The translations under genes and the position numbers were made by a program. From an uncultured Eubacteriales bacterium (GTDB lineage Bacteria > Bacillota > Clostridia > Oscillospirales > CAG-272), in assembly GCA_934462825.1 (NCBI GenBank), contig CAKSIP010000004.1, positions 19,710 to 83,709 on the forward strand: a DNA stretch of 64,000 nt, read 5' to 3'. The notes beneath the pieces are model-generated. The model saw only the letters and a program-made list of their open reading frames with translations. It did not search any database and was not told where the DNA came from. Positions 37,959 to 46,526 of this stretch are shown piece after piece (position 1 is the stretch's first letter; the number at the start of each line of letters is the position of its first letter).

Positions 37959-38999
37959 TTAAAGATTCACAAAAGTTCCCGTTTCTCCGGACTTGTAAAT
38001 GGCCTCGATAACCTTTTGAATATGAACCGCATTTTCAGCAGGCACCTCCACGGGCTTTCCGTTCAGAATCGACTCTCCGAAGGATTGGACTTCACGGGCA
38101 TACATATTGCCGTCCGCGCCGGTCATCTTATAATCGTTCGTCTCGCTGCGTTCCTGCATAGCATCGTAGCCCTTGGTATCGGAAAGTGTCACAAGCACAT
38201 CACCGCCGTCGATTTGGCCGATGGTGCCTTCGGCGCGAATGCTTCCCTTGGTTCCGTAAATTTCAATACGGCACCGGGCCGCATCGTCGGGAATATTGAA
38301 GTTCGCATCCACCGTACCAAACGCGCCGCAATCCAAACGGAACAGAGCCGAACAAGCGTCCTCCACTTCATATTTGAAGGTCATATTATCGCTCAGCGCA
38401 CCCACTTTCACAATCCGGGAGCCGGTAATATATTCGATCAAATCCAGGCAATGAATACCGAGGTCGGTCATTGCGCCGCCGCCGGCCGTAGCCTTTTTCT
38501 GGCGCCAACTATTTTCGATTTCAGGATACCAGCAGGTAAACTGTGCATGGCAGGAAACGATTTGTCCCAGCTTTCCGTCGGCAATCAGTTTTTTCATTTC
38601 CTGATGATACGTATTATACCGCATCATAAATCCGACGGCTGCTTTAATTCCCTTCTCCTCGCACTCGCGGACAATGCTCTCGCTGATCTGTGCGTTCAAA
38701 GAAACGGGTTTTTCAATCAACATATTTTTGCCTGCATCGGCACATTTACGCGCCTGTCTTTCATGGCAAACCACGGGAGAAGCAATATAAACCGCGTCAA
38801 TTTCGGGATTGTTAATCAAATCATCCTCGTTATCATAGGCATAGGCTGCATGATACTTTTCACGCAGTTTTTCTGCCATCTCCATATTGATTTCCATCAC
38901 AGCAAAAATTTCTGCGTTATCGGCCAGCAGCATGCCCGGCATCGTTCTCCGATCGGCAATACCACCTGCACCGAGAATACCCCATTTTACTTTTTTCAT
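37959..38999 (-). CDS. Gfo/Idh/MocA-family NAD(P)-dependent oxidoreductase
   Basis: N-terminal Rossmann motif KWGILGAGGIA and typical 346-aa two-domain layout. Confidence 0.9.
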   Translation of the reverse strand: MKKVKWGILGAGGIADRRTMPGMLLADNAEIFAVMEINMEMAEKLREKYHAAYAYDNEDDLINNPEIDAVYIASPVVCHERQARKCADAGKNMLIEKPVSLNAQISESIVRECEEKGIKAAVGFMMRYNTYHQEMKKLIADGKLGQIVSCHAQFTCWYPEIENSWRQKKATAGGGAMTDLGIHCLDLIEYITGSRIVKVGALSDNMTFKYEVEDACSALFRLDCGAFGTVDANFNIPDDAARCRIEIYGTKGSIRAEGTIGQIDGGDVLVTLSDTKGYDAMQERSETNDYKMTGADGNMYAREVQSFGESILNGKPVEVPAENAVHIQKVIEAIYKSGETGTFVNL

Positions 39000-39140
39000 T
39001 GTTACAATCCTGCTTTCTAAGATTAGAAAGGCTTCCTTTCTTGCGAATTTTTGTACAATCGGTCAAATTCTTTCCCGCACGTCAGGAAAGCAGACAGTCG
39101 AAAGCACATCATGGACTTTTGTCAAAAGGATCAGTTTCCT

Positions 39141-39174
39141 TAAAATAAAGGGGATTTCCACGGCGGAAGTCCCC
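39141..39174 (-). terminator. minus-strand intrinsic terminator ~150 nt downstream of the DegT gene
   Basis: 10-bp stem GGGGATTTCC/GGAAGTCCCC with one G-U pair. Followed on the minus strand by TTTATTTTA. Confidence 0.55.
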
Positions 39175-39232
39175 CAGAACATCTCCGTTTCTTAAAAACG
39201 CGGATGACATACAAGTTATACAGAGAGAGAGT

Positions 39233-39262
39233 ATGCGTAAGAATCCATTGGATCTTACGCAT
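39233..39262. other. 10-bp hairpin in the DegT-Gfo intergenic region
   Basis: ATGCGTAAGA/TCTTACGCAT with a 10-nt loop. Confidence 0.5.
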
Positions 39263-39276
39263 GACTTGAAATGGCT

Positions 39277-39315
39277 CCGGCGCCCCGCCCAAAGCGGGGT
39301 GCCGGCCAATTTTTT
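39277..39315 (+). terminator. orphan plus-strand-oriented intrinsic terminator
   Basis: 12-bp GC-rich stem CCGGCGCCCCGC/GCGGGGTGCCGG with one G-U pair and loop CCAAA. It is followed by CCAA and then T6 on the plus strand only. There is no plus-strand gene upstream. Confidence 0.55.
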
Positions 39316-39320
39316 CTCAA

Positions 39321-40631
39321 TTATTCGCCGCGCTGCATTTCGGCAATCGACTCAAGAACGGCATTGATCATGTAATCAATCTGCTCCATGGAGAGTCCGT
39401 AAACCGGCAGGTGGGTAAATCTATTATTGAACACTTCCTCGCAAACCGGGCATGTTTTGGCAATTGCCTTGGCATCATATCCATAGGTTTTGAGGATATC
39501 GAAATCATAAAGCGGGCCGAAGTGAGGAATATTGGTTACACTCTTTTCCTCCAGCTTGCGCTTCAGCGTTTGCACAGAGCCACCGGCCTTAGCAGGATCG
39601 ATCTGCAACAGATAGAGGTGGAACGAAGGCTTTACGTTGTCGTCCTTACCAAGCTCCTGCGGGATGATAGCATCGCACACGCTCAGCTTTTCGGAAATAT
39701 ACTTAGCCGTCTGCGTTCTTTCAGCCAAAATCTTATCATAACGCTTTACCTGCTGAATCAAGCCGACAGCCTGAATTTCCGTGGTGGAGGAGTTTCCGGC
39801 CACGAAGGGGCCGTATTTGCCCTCAAGCGCACCGACATCGTACAGCCAATTCGGGATCTTTCTGGTGAAGTCCACGCCAAAGAAGCGGGAGGGCACCATC
39901 GAGTCCTTAAAGCTTTCCACGTTGGTCGTCAGAATACCGCCCTCACCAAAGGAGGTGCAGTTTTTCACTTCGTGCATGCTAAATCCGGTGAAATCACCGA
40001 TCGTACCGATTTTTCTGCCCTTGTACTCAGCGCCAAAGGCATGAGCGGCATCTTCCAGCACGAGAATGTTGTGCTTTTTCGCCAATTCCATGATAGGATC
40101 CATGTCAACCGGATAACCGCCAAGGTGTACGGGAACGATCACTTTCGTTCTGTCCGTGATCTTTCTTGCCACGTCCTTAGGATCCATGTTCAGTGTTTTG
40201 GGATCGAGGTCAGCAAAAACAAGCTTAGCGCCGACTTCCAGCGGATACGCCATCGTTGCAATAAAGGTAATTGCCGGAACAATCACTTCATCGCCGGGGC
40301 CGAGGTTTGCGTACTTATATGCCGTGATAAATCCGGCGGTACAGTTGGCCACAAAGAGAGCGCTGTCCGTGCCGAGGTATTCGTTTACCAAAGCCTCTGC
40401 TTCTCTGACCTTCGGGCCGAGAGAGAGGTTTGCCGGCGGGTAAGAATAAGCATCAAGCTTGTAGATTTCCTTCTTAACAGCGGCAAGAGCGGCCTCATAT
40501 TCCTCGCCCTCTCCCTGCATAAGGAACTTCACGACTTCAAACAAGTCTTCGGCATTGTAGTTTTCTCCTACAGCTGCCCACGGTACCTTTGTCGCACCGG
40601 TGTTGTATCTGAATGCTTCTTTCTTTGCCAT
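39321..40631 (-). CDS. DegT/DnrJ/EryC1/StrS-family PLP-dependent aminotransferase
   Basis: PLP-Lys motif FSMHEVKNCTSFGEGGIL. 436 aa. AGGAGGAA SD. Confidence 0.9.
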   Translation of the reverse strand: MAKKEAFRYNTGATKVPWAAVGENYNAEDLFEVVKFLMQGEGEEYEAALAAVKKEIYKLDAYSYPPANLSLGPKVREAEALVNEYLGTDSALFVANCTAGFITAYKYANLGPGDEVIVPAITFIATMAYPLEVGAKLVFADLDPKTLNMDPKDVARKITDRTKVIVPVHLGGYPVDMDPIMELAKKHNILVLEDAAHAFGAEYKGRKIGTIGDFTGFSMHEVKNCTSFGEGGILTTNVESFKDSMVPSRFFGVDFTRKIPNWLYDVGALEGKYGPFVAGNSSTTEIQAVGLIQQVKRYDKILAERTQTAKYISEKLSVCDAIIPQELGKDDNVKPSFHLYLLQIDPAKAGGSVQTLKRKLEEKSVTNIPHFGPLYDFDILKTYGYDAKAIAKTCPVCEEVFNNRFTHLPVYGLSMEQIDYMINAVLESIAEMQRGE

Positions 40632-40670
40632 AGTATGTTTCCTCCTACTTATAAATAATATCTTTTTCGT

Positions 40671-41609
40671 TTAATTACACTCTGCTACCAGCGGGCCTGC
40701 CAATTCTTCCAAGTAGAACAGCTTTCCGGGCAAGGTGGGGATAAAGGTCGAGGTGATATGAATATCCGGGCCATAATGCAGGGTTGTCAGGAAGCTCATG
40801 CCCTGCCAGCCCATACCGCGTCCAAGGACACCGTCTGCGCCGCCGATGGCATAATCGGCCTTCAGGAACAGGCCGGGGCCTATGGTATTGGCGCGGCAAG
40901 GAACCAAAGTGGTACGGCTCTTGAAGCTGGTGATGGCGTTCTGCTCAATCGTCATCGGGTGAAGCTTACCACCAATGCGATAGCACTGCTCTTTCCACTC
41001 GGCCTCGTTTTTATAGTCGGTGGCAAAATGCGGTTCCCAGAATGCGATATGGCACATTCTTCCGATACCGTAAACGAGAAGCAGCTTAGCGCCCTCTTGG
41101 CGCAGCTTTGCCATCTTTTCGGGATAGGTGGGCAGATTGGTTTTGGTTGCGAAGTTTCTCTGTTCCGGCGGGACTGTCAACTCGCCAAGCTTATCAAAGA
41201 AAGCGGCCTTCATGCTGTATTCAAAGGATGCGGGATTGGTATTCGGAAGCGTATTGCCCTCGCTGTCCGACCACTCGTCCATATTAAAGGTATAGACATG
41301 CTTGCAATCCACGTTCCACGATTTCAGAAAATACACAGCCCATTTATACATACCCATCGGGCCGACCGGCAGAATGATCATCAGTTTTTCGCCGGCATCA
41401 CGGGCATTGCGGATCTTCAAAGCGATCTCATGTCCCATGTATGTATCAAATTCATTGATGTCCTTGCAAGCAATGGGGGTAAAATCCTTATTCCAAAAGG
41501 ATTCTCTTTCTACGCCCTTCTCGCAGCAGGCATCGATTTTAGCCATATCCCATCCTTCGGGATAGAAATTCTCAAGGAGCGAGCCCTTGACTGTACTCAT
41601 GAAATCCAT
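40671..41609 (-). CDS. divergent glucosamine-6-phosphate deaminase/isomerase (NagB)-like protein
   Basis: TFNMDEW (compare NagB TFNMDEY) and [13 protein letters not shown] (compare GVGNDGHIAFNEP). At 312 aa it is longer than NagB. Confidence 0.7.
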   Translation of the reverse strand: MDFMSTVKGSLLENFYPEGWDMAKIDACCEKGVERESFWNKDFTPIACKDINEFDTYMGHEIALKIRNARDAGEKLMIILPVGPMGMYKWAVYFLKSWNVDCKHVYTFNMDEWSDSEGNTLPNTNPASFEYSMKAAFFDKLGELTVPPEQRNFATKTNLPTYPEKMAKLRQEGAKLLLVYGIGRMCHIAFWEPHFATDYKNEAEWKEQCYRIGGKLHPMTIEQNAITSFKSRTTLVPCRANTIGPGLFLKADYAIGGADGVLGRGMGWQGMSFLTTLHYGPDIHITSTFIPTLPGKLFYLEELAGPLVAECN

Positions 41610-41665
41610 TTTCGTGATCTCCTTAATTCTATTATGTGTATTTTAATTAGTGAAAAAGCGCTATG

Positions 41666-42367
41666 TTACGGAAGCAGACGCTTGGTGGTAACCTTCGGCC
41701 AAACATAGGCCTGGGTAAAGCCTTCGGCGTAAGGCACGCCGCACTGCAAGCCTCTGAATTTGGAGCAGGTGCGGACAAAGTCCACAAAATCAATATGGTC
41801 ATGATCCAGCATCCATTTAATCTGGCTTTCATGGCAAGAGAGCATTTCCAATTTCAGCTCAATGGTATCGGTGATGTCCACGTATTCCGTGGGGTTAAAG
41901 CTCATACCGGCCAAATTATCCATATAGTACAGCGGAACCAGCTCGGCCGCTGTATTCAGCCGTCCATAATGCGGAACACTTGCCGCAAAGCAAGCATCAA
42001 ACACCAACTTATTGACCGCCAAATGATCCGGCATATAGTCTGTAGGGCTATGCGTAATGATAATATCGGGTTTTCTCTCCTTGATAATATCCACGATAGC
42101 ATCTCTCTGTTGCATATCACAGCCATTGGGAAGCAAATCGCCAATATCGGTAGTAATTACCTCGATACCCGCAAGAGCGCCGGCTCTTTTCGCTTCTTCG
42201 ATGCGGATTTTTCGCAATTCATCCGGTTGAATCACGACATGTCCCATGTTTCCGTTGGCAACATGACACACCGTGACCTTATCGCCACGCTTAGCATATT
42301 TTGCCAAAGTACCGGAGCAGGATATTTCAATATCATCGGGATGGCACCCGATTGCAAGAACGTTCAT
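41666..42367 (-). CDS. PIG-L/LmbE-family N-acetylglucosaminyl deacetylase
   Basis: AIGCHPDDIE zinc-binding motif and downstream PDH motif. 233 aa. GGAGGA SD. Confidence 0.85.
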   Translation of the reverse strand: MNVLAIGCHPDDIEISCSGTLAKYAKRGDKVTVCHVANGNMGHVVIQPDELRKIRIEEAKRAGALAGIEVITTDIGDLLPNGCDMQQRDAIVDIIKERKPDIIITHSPTDYMPDHLAVNKLVFDACFAASVPHYGRLNTAAELVPLYYMDNLAGMSFNPTEYVDITDTIELKLEMLSCHESQIKWMLDHDHIDFVDFVRTCSKFRGLQCGVPYAEGFTQAYVWPKVTTKRLLP

Positions 42368-42475
42368 AACAATCCTCCACGATTCCCAAATTATTTAATT
42401 AAGTATACCATACAACCCCATAAATGTCAATAAAAAAATACAAGTTTCACCGCGGATTCTTGGGCAAAAAAGCAT

Positions 42476-43264
42476 CTATTCGCACATGCGAATCAACCGC
42501 TCGGCCGCCGCACCTGCACGGGCCAAAAACGCCGCCGGCGTGTACCCCGGATACTTATCCTTGCGCCACGGCCAGCTGGTTTCCAGCGTCAACGGCCCCT
42601 GATAGCCGGATTTTTGAATCCGCTCCGCAAAAAAGTGAAAATCCAGGCTCGCATCAAACGGAATCATATGCTCATCGCCATTGTGAACCCCAAAGTTATC
42701 GTGAACGTGTGTACAAACCAAGCGCCGGCCAAAAAGCGCCATATAATCACGGCCGTATGCAAAGCAAGCCTCATGTCCGTTATCCCAGCAAAAGCCCACA
42801 AAAGGATTATGTTCGTAAAGCTCCATCACGAAAGCAAGATTGGCAAGCAAGCGCTGATTTTCAAAAGCGATTACCACGCCTCGCTTCTCGGCACGGCGCA
42901 CCAACGCATCAAAGCGTTCATGCCCGCAATCGCTGATACAAGGGGGATTTTCCCCACTGCTTAAATGCACAACCACATAAGGCACCTCGCTATCCGAAGC
43001 GATGTCCACGCAGGACAAAAGGCGCGCCAGCATTGCATCTCCTTTTTCCCCCGGAAGCCAAATCGAATTGATGCCGTCAAAAGGTGCATGGATCATATGA
43101 TACTCCAAGCCGCTTTCCTTGGCCAAGGCCGCCAAACAACGGGCTTGCTCTTTCGTAACCTCATCGGTCATAATACATTGAAAGCCCGCATCGGCAATCG
43201 CATGCATGGAGTCGCTTTTCGTCGCGCCGTAAGCGGAGCTATACAAAAGTCCTTTTTTCCTCAT
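42476..43264 (-). CDS. sugar phosphate isomerase/epimerase (xylose-isomerase-like TIM barrel)
   Basis: HAPF, VVHL, AFEN, CWDNGH and HVHDN metal/strand motifs of the AP_endonuc_2 fold. Start set at the ATG at 43264; the ORF-track TTG at 43288 has no SD. Confidence 0.8.
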   Translation of the reverse strand: MRKKGLLYSSAYGATKSDSMHAIADAGFQCIMTDEVTKEQARCLAALAKESGLEYHMIHAPFDGINSIWLPGEKGDAMLARLLSCVDIASDSEVPYVVVHLSSGENPPCISDCGHERFDALVRRAEKRGVVIAFENQRLLANLAFVMELYEHNPFVGFCWDNGHEACFAYGRDYMALFGRRLVCTHVHDNFGVHNGDEHMIPFDASLDFHFFAERIQKSGYQGPLTLETSWPWRKDKYPGYTPAAFLARAGAAAERLIRMCE

Positions 43265-43360
43265 TTTTTCTATTTTCCTTTTTCTCAATTTTCAGATTTT
43301 TCTGCGTTTGATAGGAACGGTTCTTTGGAACCGCTATCAGACCGACAAATCCGATAAATT

Positions 43361-43389
43361 CTATAAAGTATTGTATCATTTTCCCTTTT
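43361..43389 (-). promoter_or_regulatory. sigma-A promoter TTGACA-17-TACAAT driving the TIM-barrel/PIG-L/NagB-like/DegT unit
   Basis: -35 at 43384-43389 and -10 at 43361-43366 on the minus strand, with an exact 17-nt spacer. Confidence 0.7.
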
Positions 43390-43457
43390 CTTTGTCAATC
43401 CATTCCCGGTTTTTTGCCGGAGCTTCAAGCTTTTTTGCTTTATTCGCAGGAAAAGTC

Positions 43458-43486
43458 TTGCATTTTTCAGGAAAAAATATTATAAT
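43458..43486 (+). promoter_or_regulatory. sigma-A promoter TTGCAT-17-TATAAT for nadE
   Basis: -35 at 43458-43463 and -10 at 43481-43486, about 80 nt upstream of the nadE ATG. Confidence 0.7.
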
Positions 43487-43565
43487 ATTTTTGCTATCAT
43501 CGTTTTATACCTTCAGAGTTATACGGTCGGCGCACAGTTTGCCGACGAAAAAGGAGATTTTCTGT

Positions 43566-45536
43566 ATGAAATATGGATTTGTCAAGGTTGCCGCGGCGGC
43601 CCCCAAAGTGCAGGTAGCCGACTGCGCCTTCAACGTCAACGAGCTGATTTCCATGGCGGCCGAAGCGGATCGCATCGGCGTCAAGCTTTTGGTATTTCCG
43701 GAACTTTCTCTGACCTCCTACACGTGCGGAGATCTGTTCTTCAACGAAGTGCTTCTCTCCTCGGCGGAAAATGCACTCATGCAATACGTGGAGGCAACCC
43801 GGACTTATGACATGATTTCGGTCGTAGGTCTTCCGCTCCGCCGTTTCGGAGCCGTTTACAACGGCGCCGCGGTCTGCAAGGGAGGACACATCCTCGGATT
43901 CGTCCCCAAATCACACATTCCCAACTACGGGGAATTTTATGAAAAACGCTATTTTGAAGCGGCCGGGGACTCTTTGCGATTTGCCGACATCGGAGGTGAA
44001 ACCGTTCCGTTTGGGACAAATATTCTGTTTACCTGCGCTTCTCTCCCCGCTTTTACTCTCGGTGTGGAAATCTGCGAGGATCTTTGGGTAGCCACGCCGC
44101 CGTCCGACGCACTGACGGCATCAGGCGCCACGGTCATTGCAAATCTTTCGGCCTCCAATGAAACCATCGGGAAAGAAGAATACCGCCGTCGTTTGGTGAA
44201 GCTGCAATCGGCCAAAACCACCGCCGGATATATTTATTCCGATGCCGGCTATGGCGAGTCCACGACCGATCTGGTCTTTGCCTCCCACTGCCTGATTTGC
44301 GAAAACGGTTCTCTTTTGGCAGAGCGCAAGCCGTTTGCCACCCCTCTCCGCGCAACAGCCGCCGAGCGGTTGACCGTAACGGAGCTGGATGTCAATATGC
44401 TGGTGGGCGAACGCGCCCGTCTGAACAGCGCTTTCAAAAATCGCGTCAGCGATATTGTTTCCGTTCCCTTTACCATGGAGCTTTCCGAAACTGTGTTGAC
44501 GAGGCGCTATCCGGCTCTCCCCTTTGTTCCGGCAGACAGGGACGAATTGAGCGACCGGGCTGAAACCATTCTTTCCATTCAGGCGGCCGGCCTTTGCAAA
44601 CGGATGGAGGCCTCGCGGGCAAGCCGATGCATCATCGGCATTTCCGGCGGGCTTGACTCCTGTTTGGCACTTTTGGTGGCCGTTCGCGCCTGCGATGCGG
44701 CCGACCTTCCCCGTCAGAACATCCTTGGCGTCACCATGCCCTGCTTCGGCACCACGGATCGCACCAAAAACAACGCCGAGCTTCTCTGCAAGGAGCTGGG
44801 TGTCCGCTTCCGCCAGATCGCCATCGGCACTTCGGTTTTGTCGCACTTTCACGACATCGGGCACGAGGAAAGCAATCACAACGTAGTTTACGAAAACGCG
44901 CAAGCACGCGAACGCACGCAGGTATTGATGGATTTGGCCAATGCGGAAAACGGGCTGGTCATCGGCACAGGCGATCTGTCTGAGCTGGCGCTCGGATGGG
45001 CCACCTACAACGGCGATCATATGTCCATGTATGGTGTCAACGCCTCAATCCCGAAAACGCTGGTACGCTATCTTGTCCGGCACTGCGCCGAAAAAGCCGA
45101 AGCCGAAAGCCGGCATGCGTTGGCCGAGGTACTGCTTGACATTCTTGACACACCGGTCAGCCCGGAGCTTCTTCCGCCGGACGGCCATGAAATTCGGCAA
45201 AAAACGGAGGATATTGTCGGGCCTTATGAAATCCACGATTTCTACCTCTACTACATGCTTCGCTTCGGATTTTCTCCGAAAAAGCTGTATCATTTGGCCA
45301 CGGCCACTTTAAGCGACACATTTTCTCCCGACACCCTACTTCATTGGTTGGAGGTATTCACGCGGCGCTTCTTCGCCCAACAATACAAGCGTTCCTGCTT
45401 GCCGGACGGGCCGAAGGTCGGCTCTGTCGGTCTTTCGCCGCGCGGCGATTGGCGCATGCCCAGCGACGCGTCCTCGGCCTTGTGGATGGCAGAGCTTGCG
45501 GAGCTTAAAGAAGAAGTAAACGCCGGGCAAGCGTAA
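43566..45536 (+). CDS. nadE: glutamine-dependent NAD+ synthetase
   Basis: N-terminal CN-hydrolase domain (FPELSLTSY, EICEDLW) and C-terminal synthetase P-loop SGGLDS. Start at the ATG at 43566 after an AAGGAG SD; the ORF-track extension to 43308 was rejected. Confidence 0.9.
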   Translation: MKYGFVKVAAAAPKVQVADCAFNVNELISMAAEADRIGVKLLVFPELSLTSYTCGDLFFNEVLLSSAENALMQYVEATRTYDMISVVGLPLRRFGAVYNGAAVCKGGHILGFVPKSHIPNYGEFYEKRYFEAAGDSLRFADIGGETVPFGTNILFTCASLPAFTLGVEICEDLWVATPPSDALTASGATVIANLSASNETIGKEEYRRRLVKLQSAKTTAGYIYSDAGYGESTTDLVFASHCLICENGSLLAERKPFATPLRATAAERLTVTELDVNMLVGERARLNSAFKNRVSDIVSVPFTMELSETVLTRRYPALPFVPADRDELSDRAETILSIQAAGLCKRMEASRASRCIIGISGGLDSCLALLVAVRACDAADLPRQNILGVTMPCFGTTDRTKNNAELLCKELGVRFRQIAIGTSVLSHFHDIGHEESNHNVVYENAQARERTQVLMDLANAENGLVIGTGDLSELALGWATYNGDHMSMYGVNASIPKTLVRYLVRHCAEKAEAESRHALAEVLLDILDTPVSPELLPPDGHEIRQKTEDIVGPYEIHDFYLYYMLRFGFSPKKLYHLATATLSDTFSPDTLLHWLEVFTRRFFAQQYKRSCLPDGPKVGSVGLSPRGDWRMPSDASSALWMAELAELKEEVNAGQA

Positions 45537-45573
45537 AAAGCACATTTTATATTATTTTGTGTCCATACAAAGA

Positions 45574-45620
45574 AACGCAAGGGCAGGCGGTTCCTCTAAG
45601 GAACCGCCTGCCCTTGCGTT
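45574..45620. terminator. bidirectional terminator between nadE and the DUF896 gene
   Basis: 21-bp perfect stem AACGCAAGGGCAGGCGGTTCC/GGAACCGCCTGCCCTTGCGTT. Confidence 0.85.
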
Positions 45621-45850
45621 TAGTTTTCTTTATGGGAATCCGGCGCTTTTTTCAATTCGGACACCTTTTGTTCCGTTCCATCCGGATACCGAATCACCGT
45701 ATGATCCAGCATAGCGCCGAAAGAGCCTCGGATGTGTGTCAGATACATCTCGCGCAAGCGCTGTCTTTCTTCTTTTTCCTGTTCGGTCAATTCTCTTTCC
45801 TTGGCCAATTTAGCCAACTCATTGATTCTTTGTTTATCTGTCTCGTTCAT
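45620..45850 (-). CDS. DUF896/UPF0291 (YnzC-like) small protein
   Basis: 76 aa. The pattern RINELAKLAKERELTEQEKEERQRLREMYL is typical of the family. Confidence 0.75.
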   Translation of the reverse strand: MNETDKQRINELAKLAKERELTEQEKEERQRLREMYLTHIRGSFGAMLDHTVIRYPDGTEQKVSELKKAPDSHKEN

Positions 45851-45883
45851 ATTTTCGTTTTGGTTCCTTTCCCTGTTTCACAA

Positions 45884-46456
45884 TCAAACGGACGCTTCCG
45901 TTTCTACCGCCTTTTCAAAAGCCACGCGTTCCTCGCCTGTTTTCAGATAAATAATGCCGCAGCGGGTAAATCCGGTTCGGAAAAGCAATTTCTGCATGGG
46001 GCGATTCCCGGCGTGCGTATCGCTGCGCAAGGCACCGAGTCCGAGGCGCCGACACTCCTCCAAAGCAAAAGCAACCATGGCATCCGCCATACCGCTGCCT
46101 CGTTCCGCATTGCAAACGGCAATCCGATGGAGCGCCCCGTAGCTTCCACGCGTTATCCAAGCTCCGTCAAAAATTTCCCGATACGTCGGTTCTCCGTCCG
46201 TTTTCAGGCAAAACGTAGCATAAATTTCTCCCTTTTCTTCGGTTCGCACGGCAAAGGATCGGCCTGCTATGACATCCTCTTTAATAATGTCACGGTTGGG
46301 GTAGCCGTACTGCCACTGGTCAATTCCCATCCGCCCCATCTGAATCCGGGCCTCACCCAAAATCACCATAATGCGGTCAATATCCGTTTTGCACGCTTTG
46401 GTTATATATAATTTTCGATCTGCATGGATTGTGGTTGAAGGTGTCGCTGTATTCAT
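45884..46456 (-). CDS. GNAT-family N-acetyltransferase
   Basis: Acetyl-CoA-binding motif HRIAVCNAERGSGMADAMV. 190 aa. Confidence 0.8.
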   Translation of the reverse strand: MNTATPSTTIHADRKLYITKACKTDIDRIMVILGEARIQMGRMGIDQWQYGYPNRDIIKEDVIAGRSFAVRTEEKGEIYATFCLKTDGEPTYREIFDGAWITRGSYGALHRIAVCNAERGSGMADAMVAFALEECRRLGLGALRSDTHAGNRPMQKLLFRTGFTRCGIIYLKTGEERVAFEKAVETEASV

Positions 46457-46526
46457 ATTTCCCTCTACGCTCCTCTTGTATCAATTTCCAATTTTCAATA
46501 TTCAACATTTCGTGTCCCTATATCAT

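Noticed and set aside
39109-39309. 66-aa minus-strand ORF in the DegT-Gfo intergenic region.
   Set aside because: It runs through three stable hairpins including terminator stems. It has no SD, and its sequence is Arg/Gly-rich and compositionally atypical.
45620-46456. GNAT + small downstream protein as a GNAT-type toxin-antitoxin pair.
   Set aside because: The small protein is a DUF896/UPF0291 family member, not an RHH/DUF1778 antitoxin. It lies downstream of the GNAT with a 33-nt gap. The GNAT has no features pointing to tRNA-acetylating toxins.
46380-46526. 41-codon ORF (MLNIENWKLIQEERRGKYEYSD…) just downstream of the XRE-TPR regulator, as a candidate signalling pro-peptide.
   Set aside because: It overlaps the GNAT start out of frame and contains the GNAT SD. 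It has no signal-peptide-like or export motif and no SD of its own.
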